Shown here piece by piece: positions 54,913-64,000 of a stretch of DNA of 64,000 nt. Both the position numbers and the translations under genes were made by a program. Location of the stretch: positions 2,592,001 through 2,656,000 of the forward strand of contig OZ242005.1 of assembly GCA_965204725.1 (NCBI GenBank), written 5' to 3'. Position 1 is the stretch's first letter. Every line of letters begins with the position of its first letter. The notes beneath the pieces are model-generated. The model did not search any database and was not told the origin of the DNA. It saw nothing but the letters and a program-made list of their open reading frames with translations. This DNA comes from Candidatus Latescibacterota bacterium (GTDB lineage: Bacteria > Latescibacterota > UBA2968 > UBA8231).

Positions 54913-55800
54913 TCAGGAGGTAGTGGCGATGGGGGCCCGCACCTGCTCGACTTGGCTAGCGGCGTGGTACGAGCTACGCACCAGCGGGCCGGACTCGACG
55001 TGGCGAAAGCCCAAGCCGAGGGCGAAGTGCTTCCACTCCGCAAACTCATCCGGGTGGACGAAGCGCGCTACGGGCACGTGGTGGGAGGACGGGCTTAGGT
55101 ATTGGCCCAACGTCAGAATGGCGCAGCCGACCTCCGCTAAGTCTTGGATGCTCTCGGTTATTTCTCTTTTGGTCTCGCCCGCCCCCAGCATCATGCCCGA
55201 CTTGGTGGGGGCCGGACTCATCTGGCGGGCGAGGTCGAGGAGCTCCAGCGAGCGGCCGTACTGGGCTTGGGGGCGCATGGTGGGGTAGAGGCGCGGCGGC
55301 GTTTCAATGTTGTGATTGAGGATGTCCGGGCCGGCCGCGAGGACGGTGGCGAGAGCCTGCCAGTCCCCCTTGAAGTCCGGGATCAAGACTTCGACGCTCG
55401 TCTGGGGGCAAAGGCGATGGACGGCCGCAATCGTCCGGGCGAAAATGTGCGCCCCGCCGTCTGGCAGTTCGTCGCGATTGACCGAGGTAATCACTGCGTG
55501 GTCTAGCCCGAGGCGAGCAATGGCCTCAGCCACGCGCTCAGGCTCCCCCTCGTCGAGCCTTGGGGGGCGGCCCGTTTTGATGGCGCAGAACCCGCAACTG
55601 CGGGTGCAGACATCGCCCAAAATCATAAAGGTCGCCGTGCGCTGGCTCCAGCACTCGCCGATGTTGGGGCACTGGGCACTCTCGCACACCGTGTTGAGTT
55701 GCAAATCGGCGAGCAGGTTTTTTAGGGCGATGTAATTGGGGTGGCCCGGGGCTTTGGCCTTGAGCCAGGGTGGGAGTCGGCGCTTGGGATCAGATGCCAT
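54913..55800 (-). CDS. lipA: Lipoyl synthase
   Basis: TVCESAQCPNIGECW, CTRSCGFC, VRSSYHA. Confidence 0.97.
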   Translation of the reverse strand: MASDPKRRLPPWLKAKAPGHPNYIALKNLLADLQLNTVCESAQCPNIGECWSQRTATFMILGDVCTRSCGFCAIKTGRPPRLDEGEPERVAEAIARLGLDHAVITSVNRDELPDGGAHIFARTIAAVHRLCPQTSVEVLIPDFKGDWQALATVLAAGPDILNHNIETPPRLYPTMRPQAQYGRSLELLDLARQMSPAPTKSGMMLGAGETKREITESIQDLAEVGCAILTLGQYLSPSSHHVPVARFVHPDEFAEWKHFALGLGFRHVESGPLVRSSYHAASQVEQVRAPIATTS

Positions 55801-55856
55801 AAGAAAGACTGGGAAAGACTAAAGGAAGCATATAATACGGCTCCGGTACGCTAATA

Positions 55857-57059
55857 TCAAGACTTGGCCCAGCACGTGCGGCACAGCCCGTACCACAAGC
55901 AGCCGAGGGGAATGAGCTTGGTACTGCGATAGGCCATGGAAACGACGGGTCCCCACGTGCGCTCTGGGTCAATCGGGCCATAGACCCCAGGCTCAATGTC
56001 GAAAAAAACAAAGGGCGTCGGCAGCGCGATAAAAGCGAATATCCACAAGAGCTTAGCCGAGCCTGAGTGCGCGTACAAGCCCACGAGTACCGGCTGGAGA
56101 AAGACGTAGTGATGCTCCCAAACGTCTTTATATACGAGAAAAAAGGTACACATCCACAGCGCGAGCAGCGGCAGGGTATCGCGGCCCCGCCAAGTGGCGA
56201 CCAAGGTCGCACCGAGGATGGCGGCCTGCGAAAAGTAGAGGACCGCCCAGCCGGCGAAGGGGAGGTCAGCGAGGGTCGTCAACTCGGCGAGGGGCCGCCC
56301 GGCTAGTTGGGCCGCGACGCTGACCAGCCCGCCTTGCAGCCCTAAATTGCCCGCGTGGGTGAGGGCCCCTGGGCGGGGCGCACCGTACAGATTGGCCGCG
56401 AAAAAGGTCGCCCAGCTATCTCGATATAGGAGGAAATAGGGCAGCGAGGTGAAAACGCCGGCCAGCAGCCCTACGACGAGGACGCGCCAAGCGCGGCCCC
56501 TCAAAAGCGCGGGAGCGAGGATGAAGGCGTTGGGTTTGACCAAGAGGGCACCCGCCCAACAAAAGCCGGCCGGCCATGGCCGACCCCTGTGGAGGCCGAC
56601 GATGAGCCAAAACAGCAGCGAGGCCGCCCAGAAGCTGACCTGCCCCATGTAGAGTTCGAGGAAATAAGGAGTGAACGCCAGCCACATAAACAGGGCCAAG
56701 CCGCGGCGCGGCCGTGCGACCCATCGCCAAGTCAGATAGAGATTGGCCGCGAGAAACAGCTCCGTGCAGCACAGGTGCAGCAGATAGGCCGTAAGGGGCG
56801 GAAGGTGGGCGAAAAGGCGAGCGACCCAAGCAAAGGCCGGCAGATAGCGGAAGCCGAAAGCACCCGACACCGCGTAGATGTCGCGGCCTTCGGCTAGGGC
56901 TTGTCCCGCCAAGTAGAAAACCCCGAAATCAAAGCCGCGGCGGGTGTGGGATGCGTCGTTGAAGAGGGGCCGGAGGAGGTCGGTGCCGAGCGCGGCGAGG
57001 AAAAAGGCGTGGATTAAAAGGCCGGCTACGAGGTAGGGAACAGGCCCGCGAAAATACAA
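55857..57059 (-). CDS. GT87 (DUF2029) membrane glycosyltransferase
   Basis: DFGVFY, FRYLP, LYMGQ, LVKP, VWEHHY. Confidence 0.75.
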   Translation of the reverse strand: MYFRGPVPYLVAGLLIHAFFLAALGTDLLRPLFNDASHTRRGFDFGVFYLAGQALAEGRDIYAVSGAFGFRYLPAFAWVARLFAHLPPLTAYLLHLCCTELFLAANLYLTWRWVARPRRGLALFMWLAFTPYFLELYMGQVSFWAASLLFWLIVGLHRGRPWPAGFCWAGALLVKPNAFILAPALLRGRAWRVLVVGLLAGVFTSLPYFLLYRDSWATFFAANLYGAPRPGALTHAGNLGLQGGLVSVAAQLAGRPLAELTTLADLPFAGWAVLYFSQAAILGATLVATWRGRDTLPLLALWMCTFFLVYKDVWEHHYVFLQPVLVGLYAHSGSAKLLWIFAFIALPTPFVFFDIEPGVYGPIDPERTWGPVVSMAYRSTKLIPLGCLWYGLCRTCWAKS

Positions 57060-57063
57060 ACTC

Positions 57064-58935
57064 CTACTGGAGATCGCCGTTGCTGCCTTCTTGGGCGATG
57101 GAGTCCTCTTCTCGCACGCCTATTTCCCGCTTGTCGAACCACATCTGGTACTCGTCCGGGTCGGCGATGATGCGGCGCGCCTCTAGCACTTGCGGGTCCA
57201 CGGTGACGCTGTACGCTTCGGCCGCTTGCTCTCCGAATGCTTTTTCGAGGATGTCGAAGGTGAGCCGCCAAGCGACGCGCTCTTCGTTCTCCTGCCAGTG
57301 CTTTTCCTCGATTTTGTCGATTTCGTCGATCAGGTGGCTGAGCGGCTGGGCGAGTTGGTCTTCCTCCTCGTCTTCAGCCACCTTATCCAATTCCTCGACT
57401 TGGGCTTCGAGCTCGCTTATGTAGTTGAACCCGCGGTTTTCGGCAAAGGCGCGGAAGGCCGCCAAGTCCGCTGGCCCGACGACGAAGTCTGGAGTTAGGT
57501 TTGGGTAGTTGAGCCGATGCTCGCGGGCGTAGTAGAAAAACTGGTTGTTGAGGTTGTAGAAGCCCCAGAGCTGCCCGTAGAGGCGGCTGCCGCTGCGCCC
57601 AGCCACCTCAATGTCTGGAGCGATGCCGCCACTGCCGCGCACGATGCGCTCGAGCCGGAGGGTTTTGAACTCCTTGTCGTAGCCGCGGACGAGGGTGGAG
57701 TCCTTGCGCATGCGCTTGTCAATGGAACGGCCCGAAGGCGTGTGCCAAGCGGCCATGGTCAGCTTGAGCTCGGCGCGGTCGTCGATGGGTACGACCTGCT
57801 GAACCGAGCCCTTGCCCACGGTCGTAGTCCCCAGCACCAGCCCGCGGTCCCAGTCTTGGATGGTGCCGGAGACGATCTCGGACGCCGAAGCGGACAGGCG
57901 ATTGACCAAGACGATCAGCGGCGTGTCGTCGCCGAGCAGGGCTTCCTCGCGCGTGAAGTACTTGGAGGTATCTTTGAAGGCGCGGCCGGCGGTAAAGACC
58001 ACGAGGTGGTCGCGGGGTAGGAACAGGTCGGCGATCTGCACGGCTTCTTCGAGATACCCGCCGCCGTTGTTGCGCAGGTCGAAGATCAGCCGCTCCATCC
58101 CTTGCTCCTCTAGCTCGACGAGGGCGTTGAACATCTCTCGGCTCGACCCCTTTTGGAAGCTGTCGAGCTTGATGTAGCCGGTGTAGCCGGGGAAGAGGGT
58201 GGCTAGGGAGACGCTGTTGACCTGCACTTCTTGGCGTTCGATCGTCAGGTCAAAGGGGGTGGGGCGATCGGCGCGCTTTAGGGTCAGGGTCACGGCGGTG
58301 CCCGGCTCGCCGCGCATGCTGTCGGCGGCCACGCTGGCCGACATGCCCTTGGTGGAAGTGTTGTTGATCGCGGTGATGAGGTCGCCCGACTTAACGCCGG
58401 CTAGGGCCGCCGGCGTCTGGTCGTGCAGGAGGGCCCACACGGCAATCGCGCTGTCGGGATAGACGACTTGGATGCGGAAGCCCAAGCCCCCGTATTTGCC
58501 TTGGGTCTGGATGTTGAAATTGTCGAGGTTGCGCTTTTCCAAAAACACCGAATAGGGGTCGAGGATTTCCATCATCCCGGCGATGCCAAAGCGAATGAGG
58601 GTGTCGGCGGCAACCGGATACAAGGCATTCTCGTCAATGGCTTGGGCCATCTGCATGAGGGTGTAGAGGCGGTGGTTTAGCTGCTTGGCGGAGCCCTCGC
58701 CGTCGAACTGGGCCTTGAACGTGTATTCCGAGGCTGGGTCTAAGGCGTTGAATATCCCGCGCGCGGCCGCCTGCACGAGGGAATCGGGATGAACTTCTTC
58801 CACGTAGTGCTGATGAACAATCCGGGCCGTCTTCAACAATAGGGCTTTGTATTCGTCTTCAACCGAGCGCGCGGCCCGCAAATCGGAGGCGGACGCGACG
58901 AGGGCGAACAGGAGCAAAACGCGCAAAATGGACAA
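57064..58935 (-). CDS. ctpA: S41 carboxy-terminal protease
   Basis: GLG PDZ, DLRNNGGG, SASASEI, GKGSVQ, TPSGRSI. Confidence 0.92.
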   Translation of the reverse strand: MSILRVLLLFALVASASDLRAARSVEDEYKALLLKTARIVHQHYVEEVHPDSLVQAAARGIFNALDPASEYTFKAQFDGEGSAKQLNHRLYTLMQMAQAIDENALYPVAADTLIRFGIAGMMEILDPYSVFLEKRNLDNFNIQTQGKYGGLGFRIQVVYPDSAIAVWALLHDQTPAALAGVKSGDLITAINNTSTKGMSASVAADSMRGEPGTAVTLTLKRADRPTPFDLTIERQEVQVNSVSLATLFPGYTGYIKLDSFQKGSSREMFNALVELEEQGMERLIFDLRNNGGGYLEEAVQIADLFLPRDHLVVFTAGRAFKDTSKYFTREEALLGDDTPLIVLVNRLSASASEIVSGTIQDWDRGLVLGTTTVGKGSVQQVVPIDDRAELKLTMAAWHTPSGRSIDKRMRKDSTLVRGYDKEFKTLRLERIVRGSGGIAPDIEVAGRSGSRLYGQLWGFYNLNNQFFYYAREHRLNYPNLTPDFVVGPADLAAFRAFAENRGFNYISELEAQVEELDKVAEDEEEDQLAQPLSHLIDEIDKIEEKHWQENEERVAWRLTFDILEKAFGEQAAEAYSVTVDPQVLEARRIIADPDEYQMWFDKREIGVREEDSIAQEGSNGDLQ

Positions 58936-59001
58936 GCGACCCTCCTTGGTCAGTGGGACTGAGTTGCTGTGTAAGGATACTATGGACGAGCCGGTATCTC
59001 G

Positions 59002-59745
59002 TCAAGCAGTGCGCCGCCTGTACGCGAGGGCCAAGCCGCGGAGTACGAGGTCTGGATCGCACGTGTGGACCGCGGCGATATGCGGCTGGAGCAGGGGGCC
59101 GTCACCCCCGGTGAGAAAGACCGCGACGCGGTCGTCTAAGGCCGCTGTCATGCGCGCACAGAGGCCCTCGACGAGGGCCGCCGACCCGTGCAACGCACCC
59201 GAGCGCAGGCCGTCCGCAGCGTTCTTGCCCAGCAGGGGCGGCGCGCCCGCGAACTCGACTGGCGGCAAAAGGCTGGTGCCCGCGCTGAGGGCGTTTAATC
59301 CGAGGCGCAAGCCCGGGGCAATCGCGCCGCCGCGAAAGGTCCCCTCGGCGTCAATGGCATCAACCGTGAGCGCGGTGCCAGCATCAACTACCACGGCCGC
59401 AGCCGGGGCGGCGCGATGGGCGGCCGCGGCCGCGGCGAGGCGGTCGACGCCAAGCTGCGCGGGATCGTCGTAGTCGATGCGCAGACCCCAATCCCACGCG
59501 CTGCTCGCTTGGAGAACGGGGCCGGTCGCGAGGCCGCGACACGCCTCGGCGTACGCAGCCCCCAATTCCGCGACGACCGACCCAACGACCACGCCCAGCC
59601 GGGGCGCGGCAAGCGGTGCGAGCAGGCGTTGGAGGCCGATCTCGGCTGGGGGAGCCGTGGAGCATTTGTAGCGAAAGACGAGGTCGTCGCCAGCCAAAAG
59701 CCCGATGTCGATGCAGGTATTGCCGATGTCGATGGCCAAGAGCAT
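59002..59745 (-). CDS. coaX: Type III pantothenate kinase
   Basis: LAIDIGNT, LGVDR, VDAGTA, GGAIAPG, TGGD. Confidence 0.93.
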   Translation of the reverse strand: MLLAIDIGNTCIDIGLLAGDDLVFRYKCSTAPPAEIGLQRLLAPLAAPRLGVVVGSVVAELGAAYAEACRGLATGPVLQASSAWDWGLRIDYDDPAQLGVDRLAAAAAAHRAAPAAAVVVDAGTALTVDAIDAEGTFRGGAIAPGLRLGLNALSAGTSLLPPVEFAGAPPLLGKNAADGLRSGALHGSAALVEGLCARMTAALDDRVAVFLTGGDGPLLQPHIAAVHTCDPDLVLRGLALAYRRRTA

Positions 59746-59881
59746 GGAGGAATTTGGCGATTGACTTTCTGTTGCGGCGTCCATAGCTTTGGTAAACTCA
59801 AGTCAAACAATATCCAATATATACAGTATCTACCGGACGCCTCAACCAGTTGCTAGCAGACTAGAAGACAGGGCAAGAATT

Positions 59882-60898
59882 GTGAATATCCTAGGCAAAC
59901 GCCAAACCTTTATCGTCATTTCCTCCCAAGACGGTCGGATGCGCGAGTGCGGTTTTTTCCCGCGCCTCCTGTGGCTGCTGCTGCTGGGGGGATTGGGTTT
60001 GGTCGGGATGCTTGGTTACTACATCTACGCCGAGGGTTTTTATCGGCTGGGCAATCAGAAGGCCCTGCTGTCCTTGCAGGCCGAAAACAAAACCCTTCTT
60101 CACACCTTAGACCAGACCCGCGAGGAAGTGCAGCAGCTCGGGGAGGCCATGGCTCAGCTCAAGGCCACCGAAGATCGATTGCGCGCACACCACGAGATGG
60201 AGCCGCTCGCCGCAACTCAAGAGCCGGGCGGCGTCGGGGGCGTCGAAGACTTGTCCGAGGAGTTCATGTCCTTGCCGCCGCAAAAGCAGATGATGCGCGA
60301 GTTGAGCGTGCGCATCGACTATCTCAAGCGGATGACCAATCTCCAAGAAAAGAGCTTTGAGGAAATCGAGCGCAAATTTGAAGAGACCAACGTCCAATAC
60401 TTACCCACGATCTCACCGGTTCACGAGGGGCGCACGTGGCGGTCGTCGGCCTTTGGGTGGCGCATTGACCCCTTTAGCGGGCGTCGGGCCTTTCACAGCG
60501 GCGTCGATTTCGCCGGCCGCAAGGGGATGCCCATCTACGCGACGGCCGATGGCTTTGTCAGCTACGCCGGAACGGATAAATACCTCGGCAATACGGTTAT
60601 TATCGACCATCGGAAAAAGGAACTCGACGAAGCGGGCCAGCCCTATGCCCACCAAGGCGGCTACCAAACCGAATACGGCCACTTGGACAAAGCCTTGGTC
60701 GAGCAGGGCCAGCAGGTCAGGCGCGGGCAGCAGATCGGAACGATGGGCAGCACGGGCCGCTCGACCGGCCCCCACTTGCACTACGCGGTGCGCTTGCGGG
60801 ACCGCGAGTTGAGCAAGCACCGGGGCTACAAAAATCCAGAAGATTTCATCTTCGACTTCGACAAGAACGAGGACGCCATGTGGGCCGCTGGCGAGTGA
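59882..60898 (+). CDS. M23-family metallopeptidase with TM anchor and coiled coil
   Basis: HSGVDFA, YGHL, GRSTGPHLHY. Confidence 0.9.
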   Translation: MNILGKRQTFIVISSQDGRMRECGFFPRLLWLLLLGGLGLVGMLGYYIYAEGFYRLGNQKALLSLQAENKTLLHTLDQTREEVQQLGEAMAQLKATEDRLRAHHEMEPLAATQEPGGVGGVEDLSEEFMSLPPQKQMMRELSVRIDYLKRMTNLQEKSFEEIERKFEETNVQYLPTISPVHEGRTWRSSAFGWRIDPFSGRRAFHSGVDFAGRKGMPIYATADGFVSYAGTDKYLGNTVIIDHRKKELDEAGQPYAHQGGYQTEYGHLDKALVEQGQQVRRGQQIGTMGSTGRSTGPHLHYAVRLRDRELSKHRGYKNPEDFIFDFDKNEDAMWAAGE

Positions 60899-60921
60899 GT
60901 TAAATTGCACTGAGGCATATC

Positions 60922-60959
60922 GAGACCGGTCCGGCAAGCGCGGGCCGGTCTCTTTTTTT
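60922..60959 (+). terminator. Intrinsic terminator
   Basis: GAGACCGG...CCGGTCTC followed by T7. Confidence 0.75.
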
Positions 60960-60979
60960 AGGAGTAGGAGCACAGCCGC

Positions 60980-61429
60980 ATGAGTACCCCTATTGAAGGC
61001 AAGGTAGCCGCCATTATCGACGACACAACCCTCGTGCTCAACGTCGGGAGCGAGCAGGGCGTCCAAGAGGGCATGGCCTTTGCCATCTTTGCCCCGCACG
61101 GCGAGATCGAGGACCCAGACAGCGGGCAGCCGCTGGGCCGGTGGGAAGTGGTTAAGGCGCGGGTCATAGCTACCCACGTGCAGGAGCGTCTGTGTACGGT
61201 GCGCGCGCCCGTGGTAGGCGAGGCCCCGGTGGTAGGCGATACGCGGCCGCTGAGCGCGATGATGGTCGAGCACTCGGTGGCCCGCGCCTCCGGCCAAGAG
61301 CAGTGGCAGCGGCTGGAGGTGCGGGGGACCGACATCCGGGGACGGCCCCAGAATCAGCCCATTGCCGTGGGCGACGGAGCGCGGTCGCTGGCGGCGGCCG
61401 AGGACGATGCGAGCGAGCCTGCCGATTAG
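60980..61429 (+). CDS. Hypothetical protein, FlgT C-terminal-like beta-barrel
   Basis: GKVAAI...LNVGSEQGVQEGM.F...DPDSGQPLG; AGGAG RBS. Confidence 0.65.
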   Translation: MSTPIEGKVAAIIDDTTLVLNVGSEQGVQEGMAFAIFAPHGEIEDPDSGQPLGRWEVVKARVIATHVQERLCTVRAPVVGEAPVVGDTRPLSAMMVEHSVARASGQEQWQRLEVRGTDIRGRPQNQPIAVGDGARSLAAAEDDASEPAD

Positions 61430-61907
61430 AGCCGCGCTCGTGGCCCTCTGCATCGGCGGATGCGCTTACTACTCAACTTCCGGCGGCTTGCTGGGCGGCA
61501 TCCGCAGCATTGGCATCCCCGTGGCCGACAACCAGACCTCGGAGTTTGCCGTGGCCGAGCGCCTGACTGAACGCGCCATAGATGTCTATGCCGAAGATGG
61601 CCAGTTGCGGGTCGTTGACGAAGAACGCGCCGATGCCCTCTTGCAGCTCAACGTGATCTCAATAGAGGACCGCCCCTTTACCTATACGATGGCCGAGCAG
61701 ACCGAGCAGTACCGGTTTGCGGTTTTGGTGGCGGCCGAGCTGGTGCGGGTGGAGGACGGGGAGGTGTTGTTGGCGTTGGCCGAGCTCGAAGGATGGGGAA
61801 CGTACGATGCCGCATTGGCAGAAGAAGAGGGGCGGGACCCAGCGGTGGAACGGGCGCTGAACATGGTGCTAGAGGAATTGGTGGATCGGACGACGGCCGG
61901 GTGGTAG
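61407..61907 (+). CDS. lptE: LptE-family lipoprotein
   Basis: IGGC lipobox, SIGIPVADNQT, ADALL, C-terminal W. Confidence 0.7.
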   Translation: MRASLPIRAALVALCIGGCAYYSTSGGLLGGIRSIGIPVADNQTSEFAVAERLTERAIDVYAEDGQLRVVDEERADALLQLNVISIEDRPFTYTMAEQTEQYRFAVLVAAELVRVEDGEVLLALAELEGWGTYDAALAEEEGRDPAVERALNMVLEELVDRTTAGW

Positions 61908-61926
61908 CTAGTCCCCTGCGGCACAA

Positions 61927-63621
61927 TCAATCGACATCCGTTTTTCTTCCCACGACAAAAATCACCCCGACAATCAGGCACACCCCCACGGCCAAGCCCG
62001 TGGTCGGCGACCACAGCAGGGTGCTGCCCAAGTAGCCGCACAGCCCGGCGATGGTCATCGTCGTCAGGGCGTAGGGTATCTGGGTACGCACGTGGGCTAA
62101 ATGGTCGCAGGCCGCGGCAATGCTGGAGAGGACGGTGGTGTCGCTGATGGGGGAGCAATGGTCGCCGAAGATCGCGCCGTCCAATACCGCGCCGGCGACG
62201 AGGACCGTCAGCGGCAGGCCGCCTAAGTCGTAGGCTACGGGGATCATGGTCGGCAGGAGCACGGCCATCGTCGTCCACGAGGTGCCGATGGAGAAGGCGA
62301 CCATTGCGGCCAGCAGGAAGACGAGGAGGGGGAACAAGTGCGGGTTGAGGAAGCCGGAAAGCGCCCCGACGATATAGGCCGAAGTCTCGACAGCCTCGCA
62401 GGTTTCCTTGAGCGCCCAAGCCAAGATCAAGATCACCAAAGCATAGTAAAAGCCCCTAATGCCGCTCATATAGGTCTTGCCCACTTCCACTAGGCCGAGT
62501 GGGCGTCTGCGGCTCGTTTTTTCGCGGCGGGTGAGGGCTAAGACCACGGCGAGGGCCGAACCGGCTAAAGAGGACAGGAACATCACTTTGGCGCTGTCGG
62601 CGTGGGAGAACACTTGGATCCAGTAGAGCCGGGCGAAAAAGCCGTGGTCGGCGCGGGCGGCCACCACGGCCGGTGCTTGGCTGGCGTCTAGGTGCATTCC
62701 GCCGAGGACGCCCGCGATGACGAGGACGACGGGGCCTACGGCCACGGCCCAATGAGTGCGGAGGCCGGGGTGCTCGGGGAGTTGGGATGCGTCCCCGATC
62801 ATCGGGCGGTCTCCCGGCGCGAGGACTTGGCCCGTGTGCCGGGCGCGGCGCTCGGCTTTGAGCATGGGGCCGAAATCGCGGCCGGCGAGGGTTGAGCACA
62901 GCACAAAGACCAAGGTTAGCAGGCAGTAGAAGCGGACCGGTAGGACGCGGAAGAACAGTTCGTACCCGGAGATCCCCGCGCCGACTTGCTCCATCGCGCT
63001 GTCGAACAGGCCCACCTCAAAGCCGATCCAAGTGCTGATCAGGGCGATACCGGCCACCGGAGCGGCGGTGGAATCGACGAGAAAGGCCAGCTTTTCACGC
63101 GAGATGCGGAAGCCATCGGCAATGGGGCGCATGGTGGTGCCGACGACGAGCGTGTTGGCGTAGTCGTCGAAGAAGACAGCCAGCCCTAAGAGCGCGGTCG
63201 CCAACCGGGCCGAGCGCACCCCAGCGGCTCGGGCGACCAACAGCTCGGCAATGCCGCGGGTGCCGCCGGCCAGCGAGATGACGCGGATCATGCCGATTAG
63301 CGTGGCGGTAAAGCCGAGGATGAACAGTTGAAAGGAGTCGCGCAACGGCGTCCAGACAAAACTTAGGAGAGCCTTCTCTAAGCTGCGGAACGGGATCGCA
63401 TAGAGCGGAACATCGGCCGGCAGGGAGACGAGTGCCCCGCCGACGATGGCCAGCCCTAGTCCCAAAATTAGGCGGCCCGTGGCGATGGCGACGAGGATGG
63501 CCGCGGCGGGCGGAAAAAGGCTCAGTCCGCTCGTCGCGCCTTGATCGGGCAAGAGCAGTGTGCCGAGTGCGGCCGTGCCGAGTGCCAGCGCGAGGCGGAG
63601 AAAGGGAAAGGCGGAGCGCAC
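61927..63621 (-). CDS. NhaC-family Na+/H+ antiporter-like transporter
   Basis: FFDDYAN, DSTAAP, GTSW, FGDHCSPISDTT, HVRTQIPYA. Confidence 0.9.
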   Translation of the reverse strand: MRSAFPFLRLALALGTAALGTLLLPDQGATSGLSLFPPAAAILVAIATGRLILGLGLAIVGGALVSLPADVPLYAIPFRSLEKALLSFVWTPLRDSFQLFILGFTATLIGMIRVISLAGGTRGIAELLVARAAGVRSARLATALLGLAVFFDDYANTLVVGTTMRPIADGFRISREKLAFLVDSTAAPVAGIALISTWIGFEVGLFDSAMEQVGAGISGYELFFRVLPVRFYCLLTLVFVLCSTLAGRDFGPMLKAERRARHTGQVLAPGDRPMIGDASQLPEHPGLRTHWAVAVGPVVLVIAGVLGGMHLDASQAPAVVAARADHGFFARLYWIQVFSHADSAKVMFLSSLAGSALAVVLALTRREKTSRRRPLGLVEVGKTYMSGIRGFYYALVILILAWALKETCEAVETSAYIVGALSGFLNPHLFPLLVFLLAAMVAFSIGTSWTTMAVLLPTMIPVAYDLGGLPLTVLVAGAVLDGAIFGDHCSPISDTTVLSSIAAACDHLAHVRTQIPYALTTMTIAGLCGYLGSTLLWSPTTGLAVGVCLIVGVIFVVGRKTDVD

Positions 63622-63622
63622 T

Positions 63623-64000
63623 TTATTCGGCGGTCATCTCGTCCAACAAGCGCGTGAACTCGGCCAGTTCTGCCACCTGTACAGCGGCGCGCAGCAGGGC
63701 TTGCAGTTGGTCCACCTGCTCAATCGCCGCCAAGCGAGCGACCACTGCCCGCGCCGCATCCTCCGCAAACCGAATCGCCAAGGTTTCTTGGATACTTTGC
63801 CGAATCCCTTGCTCGATCCCTTGCTCGATCCCTTGCTCGATCCCTTGCTCGATCCCTTGCTCGATCCCTTGCTCGATCCCTTGCTCGATCCCTTGCTCGA
63901 TCCCTTGCCTCAGCCCCTGCTCCAACGTGCGCTTGCGTAAAGACTCCAGTAACGGAAACTCAGTCATAATATCCTCCGAGATGAAAGAAAAAATGGTTGA
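63623..64000 (-). CDS. Rpn/YhgA-like protein C-terminus, 5' end probably outside the window
   Basis: Frame open to the window edge; EQG(I/L) repeats, then L..RF...I...QL..L tail. Confidence 0.65.
   Translation of the reverse strand, partial: STIFSFISEDIMTEFPLLESLRKRTLEQGLRQGIEQGIEQGIEQGIEQGIEQGIEQGIEQGIEQGIRQSIQETLAIRFAEDAARAVVARLAAIEQVDQLQALLRAAVQVAELAEFTRLLDEMTAE
63804..63908. repeat. 12-bp coding tandem repeat ATCCCTTGCTCG, 8 copies plus a partial
   Basis: Perfect units from 63804 to 63899, encoding IEQG. Confidence 0.95.

Noticed and set aside
61207-61240. 18-bp tandem duplication (APVVGE / APVVGD)
   Set aside because: Minor in-frame slippage with no further support for significance
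63804-63908. Tandem repeat considered as a CRISPR array
   Set aside because: 12-bp units with no spacers, in frame within a coding sequence; no cas genes

Overview
GC-rich bacterial chromosomal window with about 45 CDSs; no rRNA, tRNA, CRISPR array or integrase was seen. Secreted proteins ending in an FlgD/CHU_C-like Ig domain or a 'TSWGQLK' tail suggest Candidatus Latescibacterota or a related FCB-type lineage (inference). The backbone carries manC, a nadX-like gene, an in-frame lnt-tatC fusion, radC, mnmG, lipA, ctpA, coaX, lptE and nhaC, plus a dispersed GntR-associated corrinoid methyl-transfer / split methionine synthase gene set. A roughly 19 kb block encodes secreted Ig-tailed proteins, a beta-barrel-like protein, a PPIase, a GT-C/TPR protein and an FG-GAP/TPR protein. 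Three visibly AT-richer, integrase-free cassettes each sit inside the 3' end of a host gene, supply a replacement 3' end and leave the displaced end on the far side. Cassette 1 (624-5730) holds a four-gene MotA/MotB-like + vWA + membrane coiled-coil operon (Zorya-like stator without known Zorya effectors) behind a structured leader. Cassette 2 (16065-23482) holds a 2006-aa STAND-like ATPase coupled to a 352-aa protein with a C-terminal HEPN-type RxxxxH motif. Cassette 3 (48403-49736) holds a PD-(D/E)XK-like/helical gene pair and an orphan HigA. These cassettes are the best candidates for undescribed defence systems; all functional calls come from motif reading, not database searches.
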